DNA from: a virus
Length of the DNA stretch: 27,714 nucleotides
Virus genome (UHGV): UHGV-0206445
Strand: one strand, 5' to 3'
A program made the position numbers and the translations under genes. The notes below the pieces were generated by a model that had not been told where the DNA came from, searched no databases, and was given only the letters and a program-made list of their open reading frames with translations. Shown piece after piece: positions 1-8,781 of the stretch (positions within the stretch are counted from its first letter, which is position 1; every line of letters starts with the position of its first letter).

Positions 1-258
1 ATGGAGCGTACTTATTCAAAGCTAACAGAGGCGTATGTAATGGTATCTAAAAGCCGTGATGATACCGCCCTACCAAAACATGAAGATATTTCACCGCTAT
101 TAGGTGATAGGGTACGGGCTAGCGGGTGCGCTTACGTTTGGTACAAGCCCGTAAAGCGTTCAGACGGTTCAACTGAACTACAACCGCTAGGGGTTCATTG
201 GACTGATAACGGACTAGACTACTTTATTAACATTGTAGGTAGCCTAGATGATGAATGA
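1..258 (+). CDS. Hypothetical protein (second gene of promoter-5 cassette)
   Basis: 85-aa ORF; SD-like AAGGGGGAG at the window end if circular; overlaps the next ORF. Confidence 0.7.
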   Translation: MERTYSKLTEAYVMVSKSRDDTALPKHEDISPLLGDRVRASGCAYVWYKPVKRSDGSTELQPLGVHWTDNGLDYFINIVGSLDDE

Positions 259-484
259 CGTTTCACCTGCTCAAGCTGAAAAACTTTATCAAGCCGTCTT
301 AAATTGTGATGTAGAGGTTATCCCGTCTGAGTTGGACGGGGTGACCGTCATAAAAGGGCGTACATATCCGTTTAGAGACTTGCTAAAAGAGTTCGGCGCT
401 ATATGGGATAGCGATACTAAAGAGTGGTTAGTAGACTTTTCGGACGCAACCGAACTAGGAGACTACTTTCTAAGCCTGTTCTAA
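248..484 (+). CDS. Small phage protein with TYPFRDLLKEFGAIWDSDTKEW motif (DUF5710-like)
   Basis: LK-x-x-G-x-x-W-D-x-x-x-K-x-W signature recalled from small phage/plasmid domains; coupled to the upstream ORF. Confidence 0.6.
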   Translation: MMNDVSPAQAEKLYQAVLNCDVEVIPSELDGVTVIKGRTYPFRDLLKEFGAIWDSDTKEWLVDFSDATELGDYFLSLF

Positions 485-557
485 GGCGTTCTAACCCCCT
501 ATATTGCCATGGGTGGATAACTTACCCGTAAAACTGAATAAATGGCGGTAGAAAGCC
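485..557 (+). repeat. Structured dispersed element copy A (TGCC-N12-CTTACC core in flanking stem)
   Basis: TGCC 505-508 and CTTACC 521-526; flanking GGCGTTCTA (485-493) pairs with TAGAAAGCC (549-557) with one mismatch; related copies in the opposite orientation near 2341, 3548 and 22801. Confidence 0.55.
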
Positions 558-577
558 GTGTGACGTTGCTATACAAT

Positions 578-632
578 GGTTACAGCGTCCACGGCTTAAC
601 GTGGATAACCGTATTACCGCATAGTAAGCGGT
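578..632 (+). promoter_or_regulatory. Structured 5' leader of the scaffold gene
   Basis: GGTT..TCCACG/CGTGGA..AACC hairpin followed by ACCGC/GCGGT hairpin; preceded by TACAAT (572-577). Confidence 0.45.
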
Positions 633-662
633 TTACAAGTCAACTTAGACGGGAGAAAAGCA

Positions 663-1280
663 ATGCAGGACATTCAGGACATTCTAAAGGCTCAGGGTAT
701 TGAGGTCACAGAAGAGCAGATGAAAGCTATTAAGAACGGCGTTCTTGAGAATTACCGTTCCAAGGCTGAGACCGAGGCTAAGGCTGCTAAGGTTAAAGAA
801 CTTGAGACACAGCTGGAAAAGGCTAACGCTGCACTAGAGAGCGCCTCAAAGGTAGACCCTGCTAAGTCTGAGGAAATTGAAGCCCTCAAAACTCAGATTG
901 CTGAGTATGAGAAAGCAGAAACAGAGCGTAAGAACAAAGAGGCTGAAACCGCTAGCCGTTCCGATTTTAAGGCTAAGTTTGACGCTGAAATTGGTTCTAA
1001 AAAGTTCGTTTCTAAGGTTGTAGGAGACGCAATTTTTAACGCAGCATACGCAACCGCTAAGGCTAACCCTGATATGAGCATTGCGGACGTACTCAAGACC
1101 GCTACAGGTGATGATAAGGGTATCTTTGCCAACCCACAGGCTGACCCTCAAAAGATGCCTATGGGTGAGCCAACGGCTCAAGGCGTTCAGCCTATTCAGT
1201 CACTAGAGCAGGTTAAGGGTATGAGCGTTGAAGATGTGCGTAAGCACATGGACGAAATTAACAAACTACTTAACAAGTAA
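663..1280 (+). CDS. Capsid scaffolding protein (GP20-like)
   Basis: Lys/Glu/Ala-rich coiled coil immediately upstream of the MCP; GGGAG SD. Confidence 0.8.
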   Translation: MQDIQDILKAQGIEVTEEQMKAIKNGVLENYRSKAETEAKAAKVKELETQLEKANAALESASKVDPAKSEEIEALKTQIAEYEKAETERKNKEAETASRSDFKAKFDAEIGSKKFVSKVVGDAIFNAAYATAKANPDMSIADVLKTATGDDKGIFANPQADPQKMPMGEPTAQGVQPIQSLEQVKGMSVEDVRKHMDEINKLLNK

Positions 1281-1291
1281 GGGGTTCTAAC

Positions 1292-2134
1292 ATGGCAACT
1301 ACAAAGTTTGTCCCACAGATTTGGAGCGCAAAAATTCTCGATTCCCTCGATAAGGCACTTGTTTATAACAAGCTGTTTAACACCGATTACGAGGGCGAGA
1401 TTACCGAGGCGGGCGACACCGTCCATATCGGTTCTATCGGCAATGTAACCGTCAAGCCTTATACTAAGGGTTCAGCTATTGCAGCCCCTGACGCTGTAAA
1501 CGTTGAAGAGCAGACCCTTGTTATTGATAAGGCTGAGTACTTTAACGTTTCCGTTGATGACGTTGACGCTGCACAGTCTAAGGCTAATCTGATTGACGGC
1601 GCTACCACAGAGGCTGGCAATTCCTTTGCTGATTCTACCGACCAGTATCTAGCGGGCGTTCTTGCTGCTAAGGCTGGCGTTAAGCTGGGTACTACCGCAG
1701 CACCTATTACAATCACCAAAGAGAATGCGTACGACACCCTGATTGACCTCAAGGTCAAGCTGGATAAGGCTAACCTGCCTAAGACTGGACGTGTTTGCGT
1801 TGTTCCTGCTGAGTTTGAAGGGTATATGCTCCGTGACCCTCGCTTTGTCGCAGTCTCTGACGCAGGTGAGCAGCGTCTCACTGAGGGTACTGTTTACCGT
1901 GCTGCTGGTTTTGAAATTCAGACCTCCAATAACGCACCTAGCCCTGCTGCTAACGTATTCACCGTTATTGCTGGTTCTCCTGTTTGTGGTACGTTCGCTA
2001 ATCAGGTTCTTAAGACCGAGGCATACCGTCCAACCGACCGTTTTGCTGACGCTGTCAAGGGTCTCCACGTCTACGGCGCAACCGTTACCCGTCCAAACGC
2101 TGTTGGACTTGCTTACGTTAAGTTCACCGCTTAA
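1292..2134 (+). CDS. Major capsid protein (HK97 fold, P22 coat-like family)
   Basis: FVPQIWSAKIL, YEGEI..GDTVHI, and C-terminal FADAVKGLHVYGA motifs; AAGGGG SD; followed by a terminator. Confidence 0.9.
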   Translation: MATTKFVPQIWSAKILDSLDKALVYNKLFNTDYEGEITEAGDTVHIGSIGNVTVKPYTKGSAIAAPDAVNVEEQTLVIDKAEYFNVSVDDVDAAQSKANLIDGATTEAGNSFADSTDQYLAGVLAAKAGVKLGTTAAPITITKENAYDTLIDLKVKLDKANLPKTGRVCVVPAEFEGYMLRDPRFVAVSDAGEQRLTEGTVYRAAGFEIQTSNNAPSPAANVFTVIAGSPVCGTFANQVLKTEAYRPTDRFADAVKGLHVYGATVTRPNAVGLAYVKFTA

Positions 2135-2156
2135 GCGCTACCCCGTCTGTCAATTT

Positions 2157-2191
2157 AGCCCCTGCCTGTATAATACGGGTAGGGGCTTTTT
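2157..2191 (+). terminator. Intrinsic terminator after MCP
   Basis: 14-bp stem AGCCCCTGCCTGTA/TACGGGTAGGGGCT (G-U pairs included) followed by a T run. Confidence 0.8.
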
Positions 2192-2211
2192 ACTAGAGAA
2201 AGAGGGTTGTA

Positions 2212-2613
2212 ATGTATCTGACCTATGACAAATACGTATCTATGGGCGGTAAGCTGAACACCGCTGATTTTGCTAAGGCTGAGGCTGAGGCCGAGAGTTT
2301 GCTCGATGTATGGACACTCAACCGCCTAAAGTCTCCAAGCGTTCTAAGCGATTTAGAGGCGCAAGGTTTAGGCGGTGCGGTAAGTAATGCCACAATGGCA
2401 ATTATCGACCGTCTAGACGGTATCAGAGAGGCTAGAAAGGCTATTGCTAGCGGTCAAGTTGTAACCAGTTTTAACAATGGCGTTAATTCTTTCAGTTTTG
2501 CCAACGGTGGCACTACAAACAATCAAGCTGAGGTCGAGGCTTACGTGAGGGTTTGCGAGTTGCTACCGATTGATATTGTTTCGGCTTGCGTTTGCTTTAA
2601 TAATGCGAGGTAA
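2212..2613 (+). CDS. Head-tail connector/adaptor protein
   Basis: MYLTYDKY N-terminus, AESLLDVWTLNR, SFNNGVNSFSF; position after the MCP. Confidence 0.75.
   Translation: MYLTYDKYVSMGGKLNTADFAKAEAEAESLLDVWTLNRLKSPSVLSDLEAQGLGGAVSNATMAIIDRLDGIREARKAIASGQVVTSFNNGVNSFSFANGGTTNNQAEVEAYVRVCELLPIDIVSACVCFNNAR
2341..2440 (-). repeat. Structured dispersed element copy B (inside the connector CDS)
   Basis: Reverse complement of 2379-2402 (ATTGCCATTGTGGCATTACTTACC) matches 503-526 at 19/24 positions ungapped. Confidence 0.5.
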
Positions 2614-2616
2614 ACA

Positions 2617-3066
2617 ATGAATATCAACACTGAAAGGCTGCTAAACCGTACTGTAACCGTTATCAACCGCCTAGACGCTGAACACTATGAACTAGAGTAT
2701 GACGCATACAAAGCAACCGTTTATAGCCCCGCTATGTGGTCTGAGAGAGTACAGAGGTCTGTTACTTCGGACGGTCAAGCGGTTACGGCTAAGTCTTACA
2801 CGGTGCAGATACCTGTAGACGCTGTACACGCTGAGAATGGCACTCAGGCTATCGCTGGAATTGGTGATTTTGTCGTTTTGGGTCACGTTGTTGTTCCCGC
2901 TGGTTCAAGTAGAACAGACGTTCTAAAGCAGCTAAGCGGGCTACCATGCTTTGAGGTTCAAACTGTACGTGATTTATCGACAAATGGAGCGATTGAAAAC
3001 GGTATAGGTGTGCTTAAATATTTGAACGTTATTCATTTAGAGGGTACGGGAATTGGTAGGGGGTAG
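2617..3066 (+). CDS. Putative head-closure/neck protein
   Basis: Synteny; TVTVINR, GDFVVLG and HLEGTG pattern; GAGG SD. Confidence 0.65.
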   Translation: MNINTERLLNRTVTVINRLDAEHYELEYDAYKATVYSPAMWSERVQRSVTSDGQAVTAKSYTVQIPVDAVHAENGTQAIAGIGDFVVLGHVVVPAGSSRTDVLKQLSGLPCFEVQTVRDLSTNGAIENGIGVLKYLNVIHLEGTGIGRG

Positions 3067-3196
3067 TAAAAATTGGTAGACCCCCCCTACCAAAAATTGG
3101 TAGACCCCTACCAAATTTTAATACCCCTTATATATGTTATAAGAAAGAGATAATCTAGAAATAGATAATATAGGTTAAAGAAAATATAAAAAGAAA
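3045..3196. other. Putative replication origin: four iterons plus AT-rich tract
   Basis: TACGGGAATTGGTA 3045-3058, TAGTAAAAATTGGTA 3064-3078, TACCAAAAATTGGTA 3088-3102 and TACCAAATTTTAATA 3109-3123, separated by G/C runs, then a strongly AT-rich stretch to about 3196. Confidence 0.7.
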
Positions 3197-3207
3197 TTGG
3201 CGCAACT

Positions 3208-3546
3208 ATGGCAAAGATTGAGCATGATTTAGGAAAAGTCTACGCATTCATTGACGGGGCTAACTCAGACCCCACTTTAGGACGTTTCCTAGCAACAGAG
3301 GCAGCCCGTGGCATGACGCCATATGTTCCTATGTTTACGGGCGTTCTTGCTGCAAGCGCAACCGTTGAGCCGTTCGCAGTGACCTATAACACGCCATACG
3401 CCCGTTACGTCTATTACGGTGACCGTATGCGTATCTCCAAAGAACGCCACCCGTTAGCAAGTACTCACTGGGATAGACCCTATTTGGCTGCACACCTAGA
3501 AGATTTGTGTAGGGCTGGAACGAACTTTCTCAACAAAAGGCACTAG
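3208..3546 (+). CDS. Neck/tail completion protein (A118 'minor capsid 2'-like)
   Basis: PYVPMFTGVL..S, YNTPYARYVYYG and W-D motifs. Confidence 0.8.
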   Translation: MAKIEHDLGKVYAFIDGANSDPTLGRFLATEAARGMTPYVPMFTGVLAASATVEPFAVTYNTPYARYVYYGDRMRISKERHPLASTHWDRPYLAAHLEDLCRAGTNFLNKRH

Positions 3547-3547
3547 A

Positions 3548-3620
3548 GCCGTTTTAAGCCTTACAATAGACTAAAACGGGTAAGCACTTAGGAAACGGCA
3601 TAAATAAGCCTTAGAATGGC
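3548..3620 (-). repeat. Structured dispersed element copy C
   Basis: GGTAAG-N12-GGCA core (3579-3600) enclosed by GCCGTTTTAAG (3548-3558)/CTTAGAATGGC (3610-3620) stem. Confidence 0.55.
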
Positions 3621-3645
3621 CTAGAAAGTCTCTGAGAGGTATCTA

Positions 3646-4086
3646 ATGAACATACAGGGTAAGACTAAAGCGGTTCAAGAATGGTTAAAGACTAACCCGC
3701 TGATTGGTAAGCGCCTTAAAATCAACGCTACCGATATGAAAGAGGGAGAAATATCGGTAAATGTGGTATCAAACACCGATTTAGACACCGCTTTTATTGA
3801 CGGAACACAGGAACGTAAATACACGTTTTCTATTTCGTTCGTAAAAAGCTGGTCGGCTGGTTACGATAAGGTCAACATTGAGGCTATAGAGTTCGGCGAG
3901 AAAGTCACAGACTGGATAACGGCGCAGTATCTCAACGACAATACGCCTGACTTTGGGAAATCGTGTACAATTAAGACAATTAAACCGCTGCAAAATATCC
4001 CTGACTGTTCAGCGGTTTATAGTGAGACTGGTAGCGCCCGCTATCAGCTTTTATGCGATATCGTGTATTGGGAGAAAGAGGCATAA
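3646..4086 (+). CDS. Tail terminator (A118 'minor capsid 3'-like)
   Basis: FIDGTQERKYTF, N..F...DWI..Q and ARYQL.C.I.Y motifs; upstream of the tail tube gene. Confidence 0.75.
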   Translation: MNIQGKTKAVQEWLKTNPLIGKRLKINATDMKEGEISVNVVSNTDLDTAFIDGTQERKYTFSISFVKSWSAGYDKVNIEAIEFGEKVTDWITAQYLNDNTPDFGKSCTIKTIKPLQNIPDCSAVYSETGSARYQLLCDIVYWEKEA

Positions 4087-4088
4087 TT

Positions 4089-4574
4089 ATGCAGCTAACA
4101 AGGGATAAATTTGTACCACTTATTGATGTTTCTGAACAGAAAAATCTTTCTAAGCTGGTACGTATCGACAAGTCCACTAAGTTTGAATTGTCGTTCAATG
4201 CTCAGACGGACACAAAGGGTTACATTTGCGACAAGAACGACAGTACAGAGGTTACAGGTTACCAGCCTGAGCTGCCTGAGGAAATTATCCTAGACAATAC
4301 TAACCCTCTGTTTAAGTTCATGTTTGAGTATGCAAAGAAATTCCCTATTGGAACAGCTTGTAACGTACCTGTTGTTTTGGGTATTCCTAGCATGACCACA
4401 GGCGCAACTACAGACGCTATTTTGTGGCAAGAGGCAAGTATCATCATTGACACTCTGAACACCGTTGACGGCACTCTTTCGTTTAAGATGGGTTTGAACG
4501 GTACGCCTAAAATGGGTACTCTTACGGGCTTGGGTACTGATAACGTTAAGTTTGTACCAGCGGTAAGCGCTTAG
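4089..4574 (+). CDS. Major tail (tube) protein
   Basis: Start re-assigned to ATG 4089 after GAGG SD; synteny; C-terminal GTPKMGT; followed by a terminator. Confidence 0.75.
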   Translation: MQLTRDKFVPLIDVSEQKNLSKLVRIDKSTKFELSFNAQTDTKGYICDKNDSTEVTGYQPELPEEIILDNTNPLFKFMFEYAKKFPIGTACNVPVVLGIPSMTTGATTDAILWQEASIIIDTLNTVDGTLSFKMGLNGTPKMGTLTGLGTDNVKFVPAVSA

Positions 4575-4596
4575 TTTATCGTCAAATGCTATACTA

Positions 4597-4628
4597 GGGG
4601 CTAAGGGGTAACCTTTAGCCCCCTTTTT
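4597..4628 (+). terminator. Intrinsic terminator after tail tube gene
   Basis: GGGGCTAAGGG-GTAA-CCTTTAGCCCC followed by CTTTTT. Confidence 0.8.
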
Positions 4629-4650
4629 ATTCACGTAGAAAGGTAAAACA

Positions 4651-5037
4651 ATGGTTGAGTACACAGACAATCAAGGTATTACGTTCGAGTTGCCTAAGCT
4701 GACTACTAAGCTAATGGCAGAAATGAGCAAGGTTACACAGAGCGGTGATATTGTTGAGACGGTCAAGGCTAAATACGGCTTTGTAAAGCTATGTCTACCC
4801 GCTGAGTACCTCAAAGAGCGCCTAGACGGGTCTAAGATTGACGATATCGACCTTGTAGAGTTGGCAAAGGTCTATTCAGACGTTGCCAACGCCTATAGCG
4901 CTCCTATGTTCGAGGCTAACACGCAGGGCGTAAATGAGCAGTTAGACCGCATTAAACCTATGGTAGACGTTGCTCAATCAATGGCAAACGTGGCAGCTGC
5001 TAATAAGAACACAAGGCAAGTATTCAAGGCTATCTAA
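4651..5037 (+). CDS. Tail assembly chaperone
   Basis: Between the tail tube and Gp15-like genes; GAAAGG SD. Confidence 0.7.
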   Translation: MVEYTDNQGITFELPKLTTKLMAEMSKVTQSGDIVETVKAKYGFVKLCLPAEYLKERLDGSKIDDIDLVELAKVYSDVANAYSAPMFEANTQGVNEQLDRIKPMVDVAQSMANVAAANKNTRQVFKAI

Positions 5038-5609
5038 TGATTGACCTGAGATATTCAGACCTCCCCGCAGCCCTAGAGGTTGACGGGGAGGTTTTCGCTA
5101 TTAAAACGGACTTTAGAGTGTGGTTAGCGTGGCTAGAGAGCCTAGAGGTCAACGGTATAGCTGAGTATGGAATATTCGAGAGCGATATACCACAGGGAGA
5201 CAGCTGGGTAGAGGTTGCTCAACAGTTTGCACTAAGCGCCCCTGTAACGCCTGTAGGCAAGGCAACAGAAACCGTACAAGCGTTCGACTTTATTCGAGAC
5301 GGTGACTATGTCGTAGGTTCGTTCCAACAAGCCTACGGGATAGACCTCACAGACCCCGCCCTATCTATGCATTGGCATAGGTTTCTAGCCCTGTTTAGGT
5401 CGTTGCCTGAAACGTGCATAATGTCAAAGATTATGGGTTATCGCACGTTCAAGAAAGCCGATAAAGACGATTATAATAAGAGCATGGAAAAGGCTAAGAG
5501 AGCCTATACCCTACCGCCAAAACATACGTTTATGACTGAACAAAAGGCGGTACAGGATAAGGCTATCGATGATTGGGCTGACTGGGCGTTTGGCAAGGCT
5601 ACACTGTAA
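5037..5609 (+). CDS. A118 Gp15-like tail assembly protein
   Basis: IKTDFRVWL, D.DY...SF.QAYGIDL and MHWHRFLALF..L...IMGYR motifs; TAATG coupling. Confidence 0.85.
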   Translation: MIDLRYSDLPAALEVDGEVFAIKTDFRVWLAWLESLEVNGIAEYGIFESDIPQGDSWVEVAQQFALSAPVTPVGKATETVQAFDFIRDGDYVVGSFQQAYGIDLTDPALSMHWHRFLALFRSLPETCIMSKIMGYRTFKKADKDDYNKSMEKAKRAYTLPPKHTFMTEQKAVQDKAIDDWADWAFGKATL

Positions 5610-5660
5610 CCCTAAAGTAACCCTCAAGTTAGCAGGTCATAAGGCAGAAAGAGGTCAAAA

Positions 5661-7901
5661 TTGGCTGATGGCGCAATTAAAATCACGCTTGACGTACTAA
5701 CGGGAGACGCTAAAGGTAAAGTAAATGAGTTTGTAGGCGCTACCGATGAAGCCCTAGGCTCAGTAGGTGACAAATCGAGTAGCACGTTTGACGCTCTAAA
5801 AATCGCTGGTATCGCTGCATTTACGGCGGTAGCTGCTGCAGTGGTTGGCTTTGCAAAACAAGCGTTTGAGGCTTACGCACAATATGAGCAGTTGGCGGGC
5901 GGTGTTTCAAAGTTATACGGTACAGCGGGTAAGTCAATCGAGGAATACGCCGCTAGTGTTGGCAAGTCTGTAGGTGAGGTTGAGGGTGAGTATAACCGTC
6001 TACAGGCAGCGCAAGATTTAGTGTTCAAAAACGCTAATGACGCATGGAAAACCGCTGGTATGGACGCCAACCAGTACATGGAGGTAGCTACTAGTTTCTC
6101 CGCTAGTCTGATTAACTCCTTAGGCGGTGACACGGTAGCAGCTGCTCAACAGACCGATGTAGCTATGAGGGCTATCAGCGATAACGTTAATACGTTCGGT
6201 ACTAACGCCGATAGTGTTACGCAGGCGTTTCAGGGGTTCGCACGACAGAATTTTATGATGCTTGATAATCTGAAATTGGGATACGCAGGCACGAAGGAGG
6301 GTATGCAGCAACTTATTGCAGACGCTAACGCTTACGCAGCTGCAAACGGTCAAGCCGCTAATCTATCCATTGATAGCTTTAGCGATATTGTCACAGCTAT
6401 TGAACTTGTACAAGAAAAACAGGGTATCGCTGGTACAACCGCTAGAGAGGCAGCAACTACTATCGAGGGTTCTATTACGTCCTTAGGCGCTGCATGGAAC
6501 AACTTTGTTGCTGGTATTGGTAAAGACGGTATTGACCTAGAGCCTTTAGTTCAGAATGTAGTAGAGGCTTTGGGTAACGTTGTACATAACGTTGTACCCG
6601 TTGCGGGTCGCATTATGGCGGGGCTGGGTTCGGCTTTAATCAACGCCGTTCCTCAAATGGTTCAAGGCTTAGGTTCAGCAATCTCAGACGCTTTAGCGGG
6701 TATCGGTATTCAGCTACCAGCCCTCAATATTGACGGTCAAATGTTCGACAATCTGAATGGCGCTTTAGACCCTGTAGTAGAACACCTGCAAAATGTGAGT
6801 GATATGCTTGTAAGGGTGTTCAATAACCCTACTGTACAGGCTGGTATAACCTCTATTGTTGGGTCTTTGAACGATATCGGAAACGTTCTAACCGCTACCC
6901 TAGCTAATGCTATTCAATTTATCGTTGATATTTCAGAGCCGTTTATACCCGTCATTGAGAATTTGGCTATTGCTATCATGCCTGTTCTTCAAGGTGCGTT
7001 CGAGTTCATAGCGGGCGTTTTAACTGGTCTAGCGCCTATTCTGAGTATCGTATTTGATGTTATTTCTGCACTAGCGAACATTATTGCGTCTGTTTTGCTG
7101 GTTGCTATTCAGGCGCTACAGCCTTACTTAGACGTTATTGGTCTAGCTTTTACCGTGCTAGGTGAGTACGCTGCAGCCTTAGGCATGGCGCTAATGGACG
7201 TGTACAACGTCATTACTGGTTCGGTGCAAGCTGCACTAAACGGCATATCTGAGTGGATAAATGGCAACGTAATACCAGCCGTTGACGCTTTTTCGGCGGG
7301 CGTAAGGGCTTTAGGTTCGCTTGTTGGAGACGCATTTAATTCAATGGTAAACGCCGTTTCCAGCTTTGCGTCTGATTTTGCCAATGGTGCGAGGCGTGCA
7401 GCCGATGACTTTGGGACAAACCTAAGAAACGGACTGAATACAGTTGTTAACGGTATCGGTTCAGTTGGTCGTAACATTGTTGACGGTATCGTAGGCGGTA
7501 TTAAGGGTGCAATCGGAAACGTTACAAGCGCCCTTAGAGGTGGCATTGAGAGCGCTATTAACAACGTAAAGGGGTTCTTGGGTATTCACTCACCGTCTAG
7601 GCTTATGCGTGACCTAATCGGCGTAAACATGGCAAAAGGCGTTGCGGTTGGTATTGATGTAGGCTGGAAAAAGTCTGACCCGTTCAGCGGTATGAGACAG
7701 GATATCAACGACAATATCAACGGCGTTCAGTTGGATATTAGCCGTAACGGTTCTATGCTCAGTTCGTGGTCTAACGGTTCTTCTTCTAGTACGAAAATCA
7801 ATCAGACATTTAATACCAACGTTGTACGTGCAGATGATGACCTATATACCGCTGCAACGATTATCCATAGAAACGCACTATATGAGGCTCAGGGGGTCTA
7901 A
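5661..7901 (+). CDS. Tail tape measure protein
   Basis: TTG start with GAGG SD; MADGAIKI N-terminus, YEQLAGGV, MLDNLKLGYAGTKE, helical repeats and LGIHSPSRLM. Confidence 0.92.
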   Translation: MADGAIKITLDVLTGDAKGKVNEFVGATDEALGSVGDKSSSTFDALKIAGIAAFTAVAAAVVGFAKQAFEAYAQYEQLAGGVSKLYGTAGKSIEEYAASVGKSVGEVEGEYNRLQAAQDLVFKNANDAWKTAGMDANQYMEVATSFSASLINSLGGDTVAAAQQTDVAMRAISDNVNTFGTNADSVTQAFQGFARQNFMMLDNLKLGYAGTKEGMQQLIADANAYAAANGQAANLSIDSFSDIVTAIELVQEKQGIAGTTAREAATTIEGSITSLGAAWNNFVAGIGKDGIDLEPLVQNVVEALGNVVHNVVPVAGRIMAGLGSALINAVPQMVQGLGSAISDALAGIGIQLPALNIDGQMFDNLNGALDPVVEHLQNVSDMLVRVFNNPTVQAGITSIVGSLNDIGNVLTATLANAIQFIVDISEPFIPVIENLAIAIMPVLQGAFEFIAGVLTGLAPILSIVFDVISALANIIASVLLVAIQALQPYLDVIGLAFTVLGEYAAALGMALMDVYNVITGSVQAALNGISEWINGNVIPAVDAFSAGVRALGSLVGDAFNSMVNAVSSFASDFANGARRAADDFGTNLRNGLNTVVNGIGSVGRNIVDGIVGGIKGAIGNVTSALRGGIESAINNVKGFLGIHSPSRLMRDLIGVNMAKGVAVGIDVGWKKSDPFSGMRQDINDNINGVQLDISRNGSMLSSWSNGSSSSTKINQTFNTNVVRADDDLYTAATIIHRNALYEAQGV

Positions 7902-8771
7902 ATGCAAACATGGCAAGCCGTCATTTCAAAGGGCGGGCGTAAGGTTCATATCAACGGCACGGGAGGGGCTACAGGTGCAGCCCTTAACGCCCGTACTATC
8001 AAAGGCTGGTATTCCACGCCTCAGCCTAAAGTAAAACTGACAGAGCGTGAGAGTTCGGACGGCGCTCACGATATCGAGCCTAACGCCGTTCTATACTCAG
8101 CCCGTACAGTCACGCTAGAACTGTACGCAGAGGGTTCAGACCGTTCAGAGGTGCAGCAAGCAATAAATGACCTTTTAGCTATGGCGCACGGTCTAGTTAA
8201 ACTCAGGGTCAAAGACGATAACCACGATACCTATGTTGAGGGCTATCTAAGCGTTGACGTAAAAGCCGACAAAGCTACCCGCAACCGTGAAGAAGTGACC
8301 GTGACTATCGTATGTCCACGCCCCGAGAGGCTTTCAGAGGCTTTCTCCGTGGCATTTATGACCCCTAGCGTAAAAGGTTACGGCGGTTTGCAATATAGCG
8401 CCGTAGGTGTGCTTACATTCCCGCTTAGCTATGGAGTGGCAGCAGAAAGAGTAACTTCTATTTGCACAATCACTAATCACGGTACGGCTACAGCCTACCC
8501 CGTCATTACGGCTACAGGTAACCTACCGTTTGGCTTTACAGTGACTAATTCGGCTACGGGTGAACAGCTAGGCTATTCAGACGGCGTTAGTTCAGCGCCC
8601 GTTATTCTTGACAGCCGTACAAGAACAGCAAGCGTTAACGGTGTAGACGTGACCCGTAACGTCTATTTGCGTGAGTTTCCTGTAGTGGGTGCAGGTGAAA
8701 CCGTTACGCTATCATTGGAAGCAGCGGGAACGGGTACGATAGAGGTCAATCTAAGAGATACGTTTATTTAA
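7902..8771 (+). CDS. Distal tail protein (Dit)
   Basis: Follows the TMP; KGWYSTP, ARTVTL, FPLSYG and TNHGTATAYP motifs. Confidence 0.75.
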   Translation: MQTWQAVISKGGRKVHINGTGGATGAALNARTIKGWYSTPQPKVKLTERESSDGAHDIEPNAVLYSARTVTLELYAEGSDRSEVQQAINDLLAMAHGLVKLRVKDDNHDTYVEGYLSVDVKADKATRNREEVTVTIVCPRPERLSEAFSVAFMTPSVKGYGGLQYSAVGVLTFPLSYGVAAERVTSICTITNHGTATAYPVITATGNLPFGFTVTNSATGEQLGYSDGVSSAPVILDSRTRTASVNGVDVTRNVYLREFPVVGAGETVTLSLEAAGTGTIEVNLRDTFI

Positions 8772-8781
8772 GGGGTTTCAT

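Noticed and set aside
4587..4595. TGcTATACT extended -10 after the tail tube gene (and TATAAT in the 2157 terminator loop)
   Set aside because: Possible internal promoters, but they abut or overlap terminators and lack a -35; support is insufficient
5000..5045. Programmed tail-chaperone frameshift
   Set aside because: No X XXY YYZ slippery site seen; the genes are coupled by a simple TAATG overlap
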